From positions 94,593-158,592 of the forward strand of contig FIZJ01000006.1 of the NCBI GenBank assembly GCA_900019385.1: a stretch of 64,000 nt of DNA, in the 5' to 3' direction. A program made the position numbers and the translations under genes. This stretch comes from an uncultured Clostridia bacterium. Lineage in GTDB: Bacteria; Bacillota; Limnochordia; Darwinibacteriales; DTU012. How positions within the stretch are numbered: position 1 is the first letter of the stretch; every line of letters begins with the position of its first letter. The notes beneath the pieces are model-generated. The model was not told the origin of the DNA and did not search any database. It saw only the letters and a program-made list of their open reading frames with translations. Below are positions 20,763 through 31,403 of this stretch, in pieces.

Positions 20763-20874
20763 CATATTGCATTTCTCTGTTTCTAGCTCGGCATATGTAC
20801 GCCTTCCCGGTATAATTGGGAAAACGCAGGTGCAGATTAAGCATGTCGGCATCACCTTTTAGGAGAGTGGCACA

Positions 20875-21336
20875 ATGAAAAAAAGCGAGATTATTACACT
20901 GGCGGCAAACCTTGCAGAGCAAGCCACAGCCGGAACAGAAATCGATTTAGTCGACGTCGAATATGTAAAGGAATCGGGCAGGTACTTTTTGCGGGTGTAT
21001 ATCGACAAGCCGGGCGGCATCACAGTCGATGACTGCCATCAGGTCCATGTCCGCTTGGATGAGCTTCTTGATCAAGCAGATCCTATTGATCACCCATACG
21101 TACTGGAAGTTTCTTCTCCAGGGCTGGACCGCCCTTTGAAGAAGCCTGCGGATTTTGTCAGGAACATAGGCAGGCGGATCAGTGTCAGGACGTATCAACC
21201 GCTTGACGGCCAGAAGCAATTTGTGGGAAGGCTGACCGCGGTTGAAAACGGTATAGTCAGGCTGGATCTCGGTGCGGGCGAGATCGAGGTTCCACAGGAC
21301 CAAATAGCCAAAGCGCGCTTAGTTGTGGATTTTTGA
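20875..21336 (+). CDS. rimP: Ribosome maturation factor RimP
   Basis: 153 aa, RimP/YlxS-family pattern, AGGAGAG RBS, and position before nusA. Confidence 0.9.
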   Translation: MKKSEIITLAANLAEQATAGTEIDLVDVEYVKESGRYFLRVYIDKPGGITVDDCHQVHVRLDELLDQADPIDHPYVLEVSSPGLDRPLKKPADFVRNIGRRISVRTYQPLDGQKQFVGRLTAVENGIVRLDLGAGEIEVPQDQIAKARLVVDF

Positions 21337-21355
21337 TATGGGAGGCAGGTTGAAG

Positions 21356-22864
21356 ATGAATCAGGAGCTGATTGGGGCACTCAACGAACTGGAAAAGGAG
21401 AGGGGGATCTCTAAGGAAATCCTTGTCGAAGCAATTGAAACGGCGATTGTTTCCGCATACAAGCGCAACTTCAGTTTGAGCTCCGCCGCAAGCGTAAGAG
21501 TCGACTTAGACCAGAACACCGGGGAGATCCATGTGTATTCACGGCGGAGGGTGGTTGATAAAGTCAGCGATCCTAAACTGGAGATTGCATTGGAAGAAGC
21601 CCAGGCCATTGATCCCAATTATGAAATTGGAGATGTTGTCGAAGAAGAAGTGACTCCCCACGACTTCGGGAGGATTGCGGCCCAAACAGCGAAGCAGGTA
21701 GTGATTCAAAGAATCCGCGAAGCTGAGCGTTCAATTGTCTACAATGAATATGCCAACCGTGCCGGAGATGTGGTCAACGGGATCGTCCAGCGCACAGACC
21801 ACCGCAATGTGATTGTGGATTTGGGCAAGGTAGAAGCGGTTTTGCCGCTTGGAGAGCAAATCCCCACTGAAAAATACCACCCGAACCAAAGAATGAAATT
21901 CTATATCAACGAAGTAAAGCAAAGCAGCAGAGGGCCGCAGGTCTTTCTGTCCCGCACTCATCCTGGGCTGTTGAAGTACTTGTTCGAGTTGGAGGTTCCT
22001 GAAATCCAATCTGGCGTTGTGGAAATCAAGGCAGTCGCCAGAGAAGCTGGATACCGGTCCAAAATCGCAGTGTTCAGCCGTGATGAGAACGTAGATCCCG
22101 TTGGCGCGTGCGTCGGCAACCGAGGGCTCAGAGTTCAGGCAGTAGTGTCCCAGCTCAATGGAGAAAAGATCGATATCATCGCCTGGGTGCCTGATCAGGC
22201 GGCCTTCATTGCCAATGCCCTAAGTCCGGCCGCGGTTACAAAAGTGTATCTCGACCGGACGGGCAAGTCAGCCTATGTAGTTGTTCCCGACGATCAGCTG
22301 TCCCTGGCCATCGGAAAAGAAGGCCAGAATGCGCGGCTAGCCGCCCGATTGACCGGATGCAAAATTGATATCAAGAGCGAATCACAAGCGGAAGCAGAGC
22401 CATTTGTGGAGCCGGAACTCGAAGAGAATGATGAAGCCGCCGATTCAGCCGTTCCCGAACCTGAGCAGACACTTGCCCTAGAGGTGCAGTCTGATAAGGC
22501 TGAAGCAGAAGTCAAGCCCCAGAAGCAGGACGAAGACGAATCCCAAAGTGACAGTGTCGAAGCTGTGGAGCAAGAACCTGCCAAGACGAAGCGCCGGACG
22601 AAACCGGCTGCCGAAAAGCACAAAGAAAGCGAGCAGAAGCCCATAGAGGATGTGGCTGCTTTGCTGGCCAAGCTCGGCACTCCCAGCAAACGTAAGAGCT
22701 GGGAAGAGAGATTTGGCTCCATCAATGCCGATGCCGAAGCGAAAGAAACGGAGCAGGAGGAGCAGCAGGCTAAAAAGTCCAAGAAAAAGAAAAAGGCGGA
22801 GAAGGTAATCAAAGATTTCTCAATGCTGACCATGGAAGACTTCCAGTTCGATGAACAGGAGTAA
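21356..22864 (+). CDS. nusA: Transcription termination/antitermination factor NusA with an approximately 160-aa low-complexity charged C-terminal extension. The ORF opens at 21323; ATG 21356 matches the NusA N-terminus.
   Basis: NTD, S1, KH1 and KH2 (..LAIGKEGQNARLAARLTGCKIDIKS) are followed by an E/K/A/Q-rich tail. Confidence 0.92.
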   Translation: MNQELIGALNELEKERGISKEILVEAIETAIVSAYKRNFSLSSAASVRVDLDQNTGEIHVYSRRRVVDKVSDPKLEIALEEAQAIDPNYEIGDVVEEEVTPHDFGRIAAQTAKQVVIQRIREAERSIVYNEYANRAGDVVNGIVQRTDHRNVIVDLGKVEAVLPLGEQIPTEKYHPNQRMKFYINEVKQSSRGPQVFLSRTHPGLLKYLFELEVPEIQSGVVEIKAVAREAGYRSKIAVFSRDENVDPVGACVGNRGLRVQAVVSQLNGEKIDIIAWVPDQAAFIANALSPAAVTKVYLDRTGKSAYVVVPDDQLSLAIGKEGQNARLAARLTGCKIDIKSESQAEAEPFVEPELEENDEAADSAVPEPEQTLALEVQSDKAEAEVKPQKQDEDESQSDSVEAVEQEPAKTKRRTKPAAEKHKESEQKPIEDVAALLAKLGTPSKRKSWEERFGSINADAEAKETEQEEQQAKKSKKKKKAEKVIKDFSMLTMEDFQFDEQE

Positions 22865-22873
22865 GGTGATCGT

Positions 22874-23146
22874 ATGAAGCGCAAACATGTACCGATCCGC
22901 ACCTGTGTCGGCTGCCGGCAAGCCAGGCCGAAAAAGGAGTTGATCCGTGTGGTCAGGACTCCTCAGTCGGAAATAGAAATTGACCTTACCGGCAAGAAGT
23001 CTGGACGCGGTGCGTACCTGTGCCATTCCAAAGAGTGCCTTTCCAAAGCTTTTCAAGGCCGCCAGCTGCAAAGAGCCTTGGAAACAGACATCAGTGATGA
23101 CATCAAACTATTGTTGGAGCGGCAGTTGGATGGATCGGGTAGCTAG
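22874..23146 (+). CDS. ylxR: YlxR/RnpM-family RNA-binding protein (DUF448)
   Basis: VPIRTCVGCRQ...GRGAYLC motif. Sits between nusA and infB. Confidence 0.88.
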   Translation: MKRKHVPIRTCVGCRQARPKKELIRVVRTPQSEIEIDLTGKKSGRGAYLCHSKECLSKAFQGRQLQRALETDISDDIKLLLERQLDGSGS

Positions 23147-23429
23147 CCTCTTAGGATTTGCCCAGCGGTCTGGACAACTGGCGTCCGGAGCCGAAGGGGT
23201 AGGCGCTGCACTGCGAAAAGGCAAGGCCAAGTGTTTGATTATCGCATATGACTGCTCCCAAAACACGCTCGAGAAATATACAGCCATGGCCGCCAGATGT
23301 CGTGTCCCGTATTATCGATACAGTTCCAAAGTTGGCTTGGGCCAGGCTATAGGCAAGGCGCCCCGGTCAGTACTCGCTGTTTTGGATTCTGGTTTTGCGC
23401 GTGCGATAGCGTCAGAATTGGACAGGTAG
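23130..23429 (+). CDS. ylxQ: L7Ae-family ribosomal-protein-like YlxQ. The 149-aa ORF from 22980 is an out-of-context extension; the likely start is ATG 23130.
   Basis: About 99 aa. L7Ae/L30e-like (SGQLASGAEGVGAALRKGKAKCLIIA). Overlaps the ylxR stop. Confidence 0.8.
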   Translation: MDRVASLLGFAQRSGQLASGAEGVGAALRKGKAKCLIIAYDCSQNTLEKYTAMAARCRVPYYRYSSKVGLGQAIGKAPRSVLAVLDSGFARAIASELDR

Positions 23430-23458
23430 GGTTTAATCTGGGAGAAAAATTAGGAGTG

Positions 23459-25609
23459 ATGCGTGTGAAAAAAGTAAGAGTATACGAACTTGCCAAAGAG
23501 CTGGATCTAGAAAGCAAGTCTTTGGTGGATTTCTTACTTGAGCTTGGGGCGGATGTCAAAAATCATATGAGCAGTGTTGAGCCAGATATTGCCGACATGG
23601 TCCGGGAACACTTCCTGGGCACAGCATCCCCTGTGGGCAAAAGTCAGATCGATGGAATACCGGATGCGGCAGACGTGGATGAAGTGGTGGATGTGGAGGA
23701 AGACGAAGAGTTTGAAGCAAGGAGTTGGGCTAAGAAACGGAAGAAACAATCCAAACACGGAGATGATCCAGAGATCGAAGACAAAAAGATCGACAGGATT
23801 GCCAAGAACGCCAAAGGCAAGGAGAAAAGGCCTGCGGCCAATGAACAACAAGCAACTGACACAAGCCTCGAACTACCTGAGACCATCACTGTCAAGGATC
23901 TGGGGCAAAAATTGAGTGTTTCCCCTGCCGAATTAATCAAGAAGTTGATGAAGCTGGGAGTCCTGGTGACTGTGAATCAATATATTGATTTCGCCACTGC
24001 AGCTGCGCTCTGCAGTGACTACGGCGTAGAAGTGCATCAGGCGAAAGACTTGGCGGAAAGGGTGTTTGAAGAAGCGGAAATCGACGATCCCGCATTGATG
24101 GTGCCGAGGCCTCCGATTGTTACAATCATGGGCCATGTTGATCACGGCAAGACCACATTGTTAGACAGTATCCGCAAGTCAAAAGTGGCCGCCAGCGAAG
24201 CAGGAGGCATCACTCAGCATATCGGCGCTTACCAGGTGGAATATGAAGGCAAGAAAATAACCTTTATCGACACACCGGGCCATGAAGCCTTCACCGCGAT
24301 CCGTTCCAGAGGCGCTCAAGTAACTGATATCGCCGTTTTAGTGGTCGCCGCTGACGATGGTGTCAAACCTCAAACCATTGAGGCGCTAAACCACGCCAAA
24401 GCCGCCAAGGTTCCGATTATCGTCGCAATCAATAAAACAGACCTCCCCAATGCCAATCCCGACCGTGTGATGCAGGAACTGTCGGAGCATGGGCTCATCC
24501 CCGAGGCCTGGGGCGGCGATACGATTATGGTCCAGATATCCGCTCTGCACTGCGAAGGCGTAGATGAACTCCTGGAGATGATCCTGCTTGTCGCAGAAAT
24601 GGAAGAGTTGAAAGCCAACCCGAATCGGAGAGCCCGAGGGACTGTTATCGAAGCCAAGCTTGACAAGGGCAGAGGGCCGGTAGCCACAGTATTAATTAAC
24701 AGTGGGACTTTGCGGATTGGCGACAATTTTGCTGTCGGCCATCTCAGCGGCCGTGTCAGGGCTATCATCAACGACCGCGGCGAGAGCATCAAGGAAGCTG
24801 TCCCATCCCAACCTGTGGAGATTCTTGGTATCTCTGACGTACCAGAAGCCGGTGATGTCCTTGTAGTTACTGAAGACGAACAAACCGCCAGGCAAGTGGC
24901 TCATCTAAAACAGCTCAAGCTGCGGGAACAAGAACTGCGAGGTCCAGCCAGAGCCAACTTAGAGGACTTGTTCGCCCAAATCCAACAGGGTAAAACCGCT
25001 GAACTCAATCTGGTCTTGAAAGCAGATGTCCAAGGCTCCCTGGAAGCACTACGCTCATCGTTGGAAAAACTCTCCACCGACGAAGTCCGGGTCAACATCA
25101 TACACCAGGGAGTAGGCGGAGTATCGGAGTCGGATGTGCAGTTGGCGACGGCGTCCAATGCGGTAATCATTGCTTTCAACGTGCGCCCTGATCCCAATGC
25201 TTTGCGAGCCGCCGAGCGGGAGCGTGTTGATATCCGCAGCTACCGGATTATCTACAATGCCATCGATGAAGTGAAGGCGGCCATGAGCGGTTTGCTGGAA
25301 CCTGAGTACAAAGAAGAAGCCATAGGGCGTGCGGAAGTCCGGCGCACATTCAGAGTGCCCGGAGTTGGAGTGGTTGCCGGCTGTTATGTGCAGGACGGCA
25401 AGATCACTCGTTCTGCCCAAGTGCGTGTCCTCCGGGACAGTGTGATTATTCACGAGGGGAAAATCAGTTCGCTGAAACGGTTTAAAGACGATGTCAGAGA
25501 AGTGCAGCACGGATACGAGTGCGGCATCGGAATCGAGCAGTTCAACGACATCAAAGAAGGCGACTTTATCGAGGCATATGTGATTAAGGAAATTGCCCGT
25601 ACATTGTAG
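23459..25609 (+). CDS. infB: Translation initiation factor IF-2. The start is ATG 23459 or, more likely, GTG 23465; the 770-aa ORF from 23297 is an extension.
   Basis: N-terminal [16 protein letters not shown]-domain [21 protein letters not shown], and C-terminal beta-barrels. Confidence 0.95.
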   Translation: MRVKKVRVYELAKELDLESKSLVDFLLELGADVKNHMSSVEPDIADMVREHFLGTASPVGKSQIDGIPDAADVDEVVDVEEDEEFEARSWAKKRKKQSKHGDDPEIEDKKIDRIAKNAKGKEKRPAANEQQATDTSLELPETITVKDLGQKLSVSPAELIKKLMKLGVLVTVNQYIDFATAAALCSDYGVEVHQAKDLAERVFEEAEIDDPALMVPRPPIVTIMGHVDHGKTTLLDSIRKSKVAASEAGGITQHIGAYQVEYEGKKITFIDTPGHEAFTAIRSRGAQVTDIAVLVVAADDGVKPQTIEALNHAKAAKVPIIVAINKTDLPNANPDRVMQELSEHGLIPEAWGGDTIMVQISALHCEGVDELLEMILLVAEMEELKANPNRRARGTVIEAKLDKGRGPVATVLINSGTLRIGDNFAVGHLSGRVRAIINDRGESIKEAVPSQPVEILGISDVPEAGDVLVVTEDEQTARQVAHLKQLKLREQELRGPARANLEDLFAQIQQGKTAELNLVLKADVQGSLEALRSSLEKLSTDEVRVNIIHQGVGGVSESDVQLATASNAVIIAFNVRPDPNALRAAERERVDIRSYRIIYNAIDEVKAAMSGLLEPEYKEEAIGRAEVRRTFRVPGVGVVAGCYVQDGKITRSAQVRVLRDSVIIHEGKISSLKRFKDDVREVQHGYECGIGIEQFNDIKEGDFIEAYVIKEIARTL

Positions 25610-25628
25610 GCAATGATGGGGTGACGAA

Positions 25629-25988
25629 ATGAGCCAACGCATAAACAGGCTGCAAGAGGAAATTAAGAAAGAAGTAAGCCACATCATACAGCATAGGGTG
25701 AAAGATCCCCGGTTAGGATTTGTCAGTGTGACTGGTGTGGAACTGTCGCGGGATTATGCCTACTGCAAGATTTACATCAGTGTCCTTGGTGATGAGTCAG
25801 CCCAGGAACAGACCATGGCTGGTTTGGTGAAAGCCACCGGCTTCATCCGTTCGGAACTGGCCAAAAAAATCCGTTTTCGCAGTGTCCCGCAGTTGACTTT
25901 TCACTATGACTCTTCGTTGGAGTACGGCTCCAGAATCAATGCCATCCTCAAAGAACTCAATCGCGACGGGGGAAATGGCGGTGAATAA
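25629..25988 (+). CDS. rbfA: Ribosome-binding factor A
   Basis: 119 aa, RbfA KH-like pattern (RLGFVSVTGVELSRDYAYCKIYISV). Confidence 0.92.
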   Translation: MSQRINRLQEEIKKEVSHIIQHRVKDPRLGFVSVTGVELSRDYAYCKIYISVLGDESAQEQTMAGLVKATGFIRSELAKKIRFRSVPQLTFHYDSSLEYGSRINAILKELNRDGGNGGE

Positions 25989-26937
25989 TGAGGAGCGCTT
26001 TTTGAAAGCATTACAGCGGTACGATGATTACTTGATCTGTTCCCATACCAATCCCGACGCGGACAGTATCGGAGCAATGCTGGCCATGTATGGATATCTA
26101 AAACAGCTGGGAAAGCACGCGGAAATGGCTGTCACCGACCCAGTGCCTGATCTGCCTTTGCCGAACATCGGGCAAATGGGGCCTGTCTCAGCCCGGAAGT
26201 ACGATCATGTGATTGTTCTCGATTGTGAACCGAAACGAACCGGCGCCATCCATCCCATAATTGAAAAAGCGATAGTCACATTCAATGTGGATCATCACAA
26301 AGACAATCCTGGAACCTGTACATACAACTACATCGACACCGAGCAGGCCGCCACCTGCATGATTCTATACCGGTTGTTCAAGAACGCCGGAGCCGATTTC
26401 AACCTGGAGCTTGCCCAGCCGTTGTACGCAGGAATTGTGGGGGATACCGGGGGGTTTCGGCATGCTAACACTACTACCGAAGTATTTCTGGCTGCGGCAG
26501 ACCTCACAGCGCAAGGCGCTGTTCCTCATCTTACCGCCGAGGCAATCTTCGCCACCAAGCCTCTGCAGTTGATCCGTTTTCTCGGATATGCCCTTACCAG
26601 AATTGAGACACGACACGACAATCGCTTGGTTTGGCTCGCTCTTTCGGATCAGGATTTCAAGCGGTTCAACGTTGATCCCAGCCATTGTGATCAGTTCATT
26701 GATTATGTCAGGATGGTTGCGGGAAGCGAAATTGTGATCTTGTTCCGGGAAATTGCCCCGGATGTGGTCCGCATTGGCTTTCGTTCCCGCGGCCTGAACA
26801 TCCACCAACTGGCTATCAAGTTCGGCGGAGGAGGGCACCTCATGGCTGCCGGCGCCCAAGTTGACAGCCCGTTGGCCGATACAGTAGAACAAGTTGTAGC
26901 AGCAGCTTCCAAACTATTGGAAGGAGACCAGCCATGA
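25975..26937 (+). CDS. nrnA: DHH/DHHA1 phosphoesterase, an NrnA-like oligoribonuclease/pAp phosphatase. The ORF opens at 25906 and overlaps rbfA.
   Basis: DHH motif HTNPDADSIGA, and the DHHA1 C-terminus (GGGHLMAAG). Confidence 0.85.
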   Translation: MAVNNEERFLKALQRYDDYLICSHTNPDADSIGAMLAMYGYLKQLGKHAEMAVTDPVPDLPLPNIGQMGPVSARKYDHVIVLDCEPKRTGAIHPIIEKAIVTFNVDHHKDNPGTCTYNYIDTEQAATCMILYRLFKNAGADFNLELAQPLYAGIVGDTGGFRHANTTTEVFLAAADLTAQGAVPHLTAEAIFATKPLQLIRFLGYALTRIETRHDNRLVWLALSDQDFKRFNVDPSHCDQFIDYVRMVAGSEIVILFREIAPDVVRIGFRSRGLNIHQLAIKFGGGGHLMAAGAQVDSPLADTVEQVVAAASKLLEGDQP

Positions 26938-27866
26938 ACGGGATAATCAATGTACTCAAACCTCCGGGCATGAGCTCGTTTCAAGTGGTGCGCGTTTTAA
27001 GGGGTTTGCTTAAAATCAAGCACATAGGGCATGCAGGCACCTTGGATCCTGGAGCCGCCGGAGTCTTGCTTGTCGGTGTCGGCAAAGCCTGCAGACTGCT
27101 TCATTTCATATCCGAATTCGACAAAGTGTACGTTGCCGAATTGACACTAGGAATCAGCACCACGACTCAGGACGCAGATGGGGAAACGACAGCCGTCGAT
27201 GAAACGGTTTCGGTAACCCCTAATCAGCTGGGAACAGCTTTTTCCAGGTTTTTGGGGCGCATAGAACAGATCCCCCCAATGGCGTCGGCGGTGAAAGTGA
27301 ATGGAAAACCTTTGTATAAACTCCAGCGGCAGGGAATATCTGTGGAACCAAAGCCGCGGAAGGTGTTCATCAAGGAACTGCATATCAACAAAGTATGGAC
27401 TTATGGAGACTCGTTGACTTTCGGCAGCCGTGTCTTGTTTTATGTCCGCTGTTCGAAAGGGACATACATCAGGACATTGTGCCACGATGTCGGGCGCGCG
27501 TTGGGGACACACGCCCACATGTCCTTTCTTGTACGCACAGAAATCGGGCCGTTTTCCTGTGCGTCAAGCCACACACTTGAGGAAATCGAAGCAATGGCCG
27601 AAAAGGACGACTTCAGTTTCATTCTGCCGATGGAAGCTGCTTTACCTGATTATCCCCGAGTACGGGTGGCACCTTTAGCCGAGAAAAGAATACTCAACGG
27701 AAATGCAGTCACACCTGATTATCTCGTGGATGTGCCTAAAACCTTGACTGTTGGCGACCGGGTATTACTCATGTCTATCGATGGAAATCTGCTTGCTGTC
27801 GGCGTTATTCAATATAAAGGCCAGTTGATCTGCCATCCGATTCGGGTTTTGAGGGAGGGAAACTGA
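26934..27866 (+). CDS. truB: tRNA pseudouridine(55) synthase
   Basis: GHAGTLDPGAAGVLLVGVG catalytic Asp motif, and a PUA-like C-terminus. Confidence 0.93.
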   Translation: MNGIINVLKPPGMSSFQVVRVLRGLLKIKHIGHAGTLDPGAAGVLLVGVGKACRLLHFISEFDKVYVAELTLGISTTTQDADGETTAVDETVSVTPNQLGTAFSRFLGRIEQIPPMASAVKVNGKPLYKLQRQGISVEPKPRKVFIKELHINKVWTYGDSLTFGSRVLFYVRCSKGTYIRTLCHDVGRALGTHAHMSFLVRTEIGPFSCASSHTLEEIEAMAEKDDFSFILPMEAALPDYPRVRVAPLAEKRILNGNAVTPDYLVDVPKTLTVGDRVLLMSIDGNLLAVGVIQYKGQLICHPIRVLREGN

Positions 27867-27872
27867 CTGAAG

Positions 27873-28793
27873 TTGGACTCGCAGAATTACAACAAACAAC
27901 GCAAAGCAGTCGTGGCCTTGGGCACCTTTGACGGGGTGCACCGCGGCCATCAACAGCTGCTTCATGAAGTAGCAAGGCAAGCTGCGGCGCGCGGCCTGAG
28001 AAGTTTGGTGTATACCTTTGACATCCCTCCTGAACAGTGGTTCAACCGCCGGCTGCAGTTATTGACCGATCAAGCATACAGACAACAGCTTATCTTGGCC
28101 CATGGAATCGATGAGGTTGTCTGTACTCAGTTCAGCGTTGAGTTCGCCCAGATCTCGGCCCACAGTTTTGTCGCGGATGTGCTGCTCGGGCAGCTCCAGG
28201 CTCAGGCCGTGGTTTGTGGCTTTAACTACCGCTTCGGGCACCGAGCGGAAGGCGACACTTTACTTCTTAAGGAACTGGGCGAACAGTACGGTTTTGAAGT
28301 CCAGATAATCCCGCCGATCCTGCATCAAGGCCAGCCAATCAGCAGCAGCCGAATCCGCCGGGCTGTCCAGGAAGGTGAAGTGGAGCTCGCAGCAGAGCTT
28401 CTGGGACGCCATCATGCATATACAGGCGAAGTCATATCCGGCAAGAGGCTGGGGAGAGAACTCGGTTTTCCCACAGCCAACATTGAGATTAATCCGATGA
28501 TTGTTTTGCCAAAGGCAGGTGCCTATCTCACATGGTGCTTCCTTGAGGACGGAGCAAACTATCCTGCCATGTCGTCAGTCAGCCCTAACGGCGGCATCGA
28601 ATCTCATCTGTTAGGTTTCACTGGAGATCTGTACGGCCGGAGAATCGAGGTCAGGTTTTTGCAGAAGCTCCGCGACTGGATAGTATTCGATAACAAACAA
28701 GAGCTTAAGCGCCAGTTGGGCCGAGATTACGAACATGCCAAGGCGCTGTTGGCCAAATATCGTTTACAAGGATACGAAATTGTGTTAAAATAG
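27873..28793 (+). CDS. ribF: Bifunctional riboflavin kinase / FMN adenylyltransferase
   Basis: GTFDGVHRGHQ (HxGH nucleotidyltransferase motif), with a C-terminal riboflavin kinase domain. TTG start. Confidence 0.92.
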   Translation: MDSQNYNKQRKAVVALGTFDGVHRGHQQLLHEVARQAAARGLRSLVYTFDIPPEQWFNRRLQLLTDQAYRQQLILAHGIDEVVCTQFSVEFAQISAHSFVADVLLGQLQAQAVVCGFNYRFGHRAEGDTLLLKELGEQYGFEVQIIPPILHQGQPISSSRIRRAVQEGEVELAAELLGRHHAYTGEVISGKRLGRELGFPTANIEINPMIVLPKAGAYLTWCFLEDGANYPAMSSVSPNGGIESHLLGFTGDLYGRRIEVRFLQKLRDWIVFDNKQELKRQLGRDYEHAKALLAKYRLQGYEIVLK

Positions 28794-28881
28794 CAAAGGA
28801 CTAACCATTTTCTAGGCAGAGACGTATCTCCGGCGTTCTGCTTGGACTATGGTGAAAGACGACGTTATGGAGGTGAGATTG

Positions 28882-29148
28882 ATGATCTCAAAAGAGCAGA
28901 AGGAGATACTGATCCAGAAGTTCCAGCGGCATGAGAACGACACAGGATCTCCTGAAGTACAGATTGCGATTTTGACGACTCGCATTGAAGAGTTGACGGA
29001 ACACTTGCGCATTCACAAGAACGATCACCATTCCCGAAGGGGTTTGTACAAAATGATCGGTCAACGGCGCGGACTGCTTAACTACTTGATGAAAAAAGAC
29101 ATCGAACGCTATCGCAAGCTTATCGATGAGTTAGGTCTGCGGCGGTAA
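28882..29148 (+). CDS. rpsO: 30S ribosomal protein S15. The ORF opens at 28849; the start is ATG 28882 (MISKEQK...), after a GGAGGTGA RBS.
   Basis: 88 aa. ..[36 protein letters not shown].. is near-identical to S15. Confidence 0.95.
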   Translation: MISKEQKEILIQKFQRHENDTGSPEVQIAILTTRIEELTEHLRIHKNDHHSRRGLYKMIGQRRGLLNYLMKKDIERYRKLIDELGLRR

Positions 29149-29152
29149 GAAT

Positions 29153-29176
29153 GAGCGGGACGACCCGCTCTTTTTT
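29153..29176 (+). terminator. rpsO intrinsic terminator / pnp leader hairpin
   Basis: GAGCGGG-acga-CCCGCTC followed by TTTTTT. Only a short leader then precedes pnp, as in the classic rpsO-pnp arrangement. Confidence 0.7.
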
Positions 29177-29231
29177 CAAGCCGTTGCCGAATCAAAAATC
29201 AGGGAATACTTTATCAAAAGGGGGTATGCCG

Positions 29232-31337
29232 ATGCCTGAAACATTTATGTTCGAACTAGGAAACCGTACTATGACTCTCGAAGTGGGCGAACTTGCCAAA
29301 CAAGCCAATGGTGCGGTACTGGTCCGCTACGGCGACACAGTAGTGCTGGTGACCGCCACCATGGCCAAAGAACCCCGGGCCGATATCGATTTCTTCCCCC
29401 TGATTGTCGACTATGAGGAGAAGATGTACTCAGTGGGGAGAATACCGGGAGGATGGGGGCGCAGGGAAGGGAAGCCCGGAGAAGACGCCGTTTTGGCCGC
29501 ACGAATGATCGACCGGCCTTTAAGGCCGCTGTTCCCTGAAGGCTTCCGCAATGATGTGCAAATCGTCGCTCAAGTGCTGTCGGTAGATCAAAACCATTCG
29601 CCGGCAATCAGTGCCATGATCGGGGCCAGCGCCGCGCTCACCATCTCCGATATCCCGTTCAAAGGGCCGATCGGTGGTGTGAAAGTTGGGCGTGTCAATG
29701 GTGAATACATCATCAACCCGACTCAGGCGCAGGAAGATGAATCAGACATCGATCTTGTGGTGGCCGGAACAGCAGACGCCATCATGATGGTGGAAGCTGG
29801 TGCCAAAGAGGTTGACGAAGAAGGTATGCTGCAGGCGATCATGTTTGGCCATCAGGCGATCAAACGGATTTGCGCCGCCATATCGGAGATGGGTGCCAAA
29901 ACCGGCAAGCCGAAAATGCAAGTGGAGCTGTTTGAGCCTGATCCTGCTGTGGCTGAGTGGGTAAAGGACTATGCAGCAGACAAACTGATGGACGCCCTTA
30001 AAACCGATGACAAACAGGAACGGCAGCAGGATTTGGACCAAGTCCAATCTCTCATCCATGAAACATACCGTGCCCAATTCGGAGAAGAGCAGTACGAAGA
30101 AGCAGTAAAGTCGATCAATTACATGATTGACAAGTTGACCAAGGATTTGGTCAGGAAAATGATCATCAGCGGTACCAGGCCCGATGGCCGCAAACGGGAT
30201 GAGATTAGGCCTATAAGCATCAAAGTGGGCTTGCTTCCCCGAGCTCACGGTTCGGGATTGTTCACCCGCGGCCAAACTCAGGTATTGACCGTGTGCACCC
30301 TGGGTTTGAAATCCGATGAGCAGCTTCTGGACAATCTTACCGACGAGGATCGCAAGCGGTATATCCATCACTATAATTTCCCACCGTTCTGCGTCGGCGA
30401 GGTAAGGCCAATTCGAAGTCCCGGAAGGCGGGAGATCGGTCACGGTGCTTTGGCGGAAAGAGCGCTGCTCCCGGTGATCCCGAACGAAGAAGAGTTTCCT
30501 TACACTATCAGGCTCGTTTCCGAAGTGCTGGAGTCCAATGGTTCGTCTTCGCAGGCCAGTGTTTGCGGAAGTTCTCTGGCGCTGATGGATGCGGGGGTAC
30601 CGATTAGGCGCCCGGTTGCCGGTATCGCCATGGGATTGGTGAAATCTGACGAAGGGATTGCTGTCCTGACCGATATTCAAGGACTTGAAGACGCCCTTGG
30701 GGACATGGACTTCAAGGTCGCGGGCACGAGAGAAGGAATCACGGCGCTTCAGATGGATATCAAGATCGGCGGAGTCAGCGATGAAATCTTGAGAAATGCG
30801 CTGGCCCAAGCCCGAAAAGGCCGGCTGTTCATCCTGGACAAAATGGAAGAGGTAATAGACAAGCCGCGGCCCGATTTGTCGCCGTACGCGCCGAGAATTA
30901 TCACTATGGAGATTCCTGTTGACCGTATCCGCGACGTGATCGGCCCTGGTGGCAAGACAATCCGGAAGATCATCGAGCAAACCAATGTGGCCATCGACAT
31001 CGAAGACGACGGGAGAGTCTACATTGCCTCCACCGCCGACGGTGACGGTGAAAAAGCCTGCCGCCTCATCGAGAGCTATACCAAGGATGTTGAGGTGGGT
31101 TCATCCTACGTCGGGATAGTGAAAAGGATCATGAAATTTGGAGCGTTTGTGGAAATCTTGCCTGGTAAAGAGGGGCTGGTCCACATTTCGCAGCTGTCCA
31201 ACGAGCGGGTTAACAAGGTAGAAGACGTTGTAAACATCGGAGACGAGATCTTGGTCAAGGTGATAGAAATCGATAGGCAAGGCAGAATCAATCTCTCCCG
31301 CAAAGCGGTCCTACCAAATGCGGTGGAAAAAGCCTAA
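29232..31337 (+). CDS. pnp: Polyribonucleotide nucleotidyltransferase (PNPase). The ORF opens at 29151; the start is ATG 29232 ([10 protein letters not shown]..).
   Basis: Two RNase PH domains, with C-terminal KH ([10 protein letters not shown]) and S1 domains. 701 aa. Confidence 0.95.
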   Translation: MPETFMFELGNRTMTLEVGELAKQANGAVLVRYGDTVVLVTATMAKEPRADIDFFPLIVDYEEKMYSVGRIPGGWGRREGKPGEDAVLAARMIDRPLRPLFPEGFRNDVQIVAQVLSVDQNHSPAISAMIGASAALTISDIPFKGPIGGVKVGRVNGEYIINPTQAQEDESDIDLVVAGTADAIMMVEAGAKEVDEEGMLQAIMFGHQAIKRICAAISEMGAKTGKPKMQVELFEPDPAVAEWVKDYAADKLMDALKTDDKQERQQDLDQVQSLIHETYRAQFGEEQYEEAVKSINYMIDKLTKDLVRKMIISGTRPDGRKRDEIRPISIKVGLLPRAHGSGLFTRGQTQVLTVCTLGLKSDEQLLDNLTDEDRKRYIHHYNFPPFCVGEVRPIRSPGRREIGHGALAERALLPVIPNEEEFPYTIRLVSEVLESNGSSSQASVCGSSLALMDAGVPIRRPVAGIAMGLVKSDEGIAVLTDIQGLEDALGDMDFKVAGTREGITALQMDIKIGGVSDEILRNALAQARKGRLFILDKMEEVIDKPRPDLSPYAPRIITMEIPVDRIRDVIGPGGKTIRKIIEQTNVAIDIEDDGRVYIASTADGDGEKACRLIESYTKDVEVGSSYVGIVKRIMKFGAFVEILPGKEGLVHISQLSNERVNKVEDVVNIGDEILVKVIEIDRQGRINLSRKAVLPNAVEKA

Positions 31338-31347
31338 GTCAGTATAG

Positions 31348-31375
31348 AGCAGGTAAATTCGCCTGCTTTTTTTAT
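31348..31375 (+). terminator. Intrinsic terminator after pnp
   Basis: AGCAGG-taaattcg-CCTGCT followed by TTTTTTT. Confidence 0.6.
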
Positions 31376-31403
31376 TGCCAAAAACTGGTCTAGGAGGTAG
31401 ACA

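Noticed and set aside
22294-22902. 202-aa minus-strand ORF
   Set aside because: Antisense to the NusA C-terminal low-complexity tail. Serine-rich repeat-like translation is the expected mirror of a GAA/GCN-rich coding strand.
29742-30980. 412-aa ORF on the minus strand
   Set aside because: It lies entirely antisense to the well-supported pnp gene. It has no RBS, an odd low-complexity composition (R/H/Q-rich), and is a typical shadow ORF in GC-balanced coding sequence.
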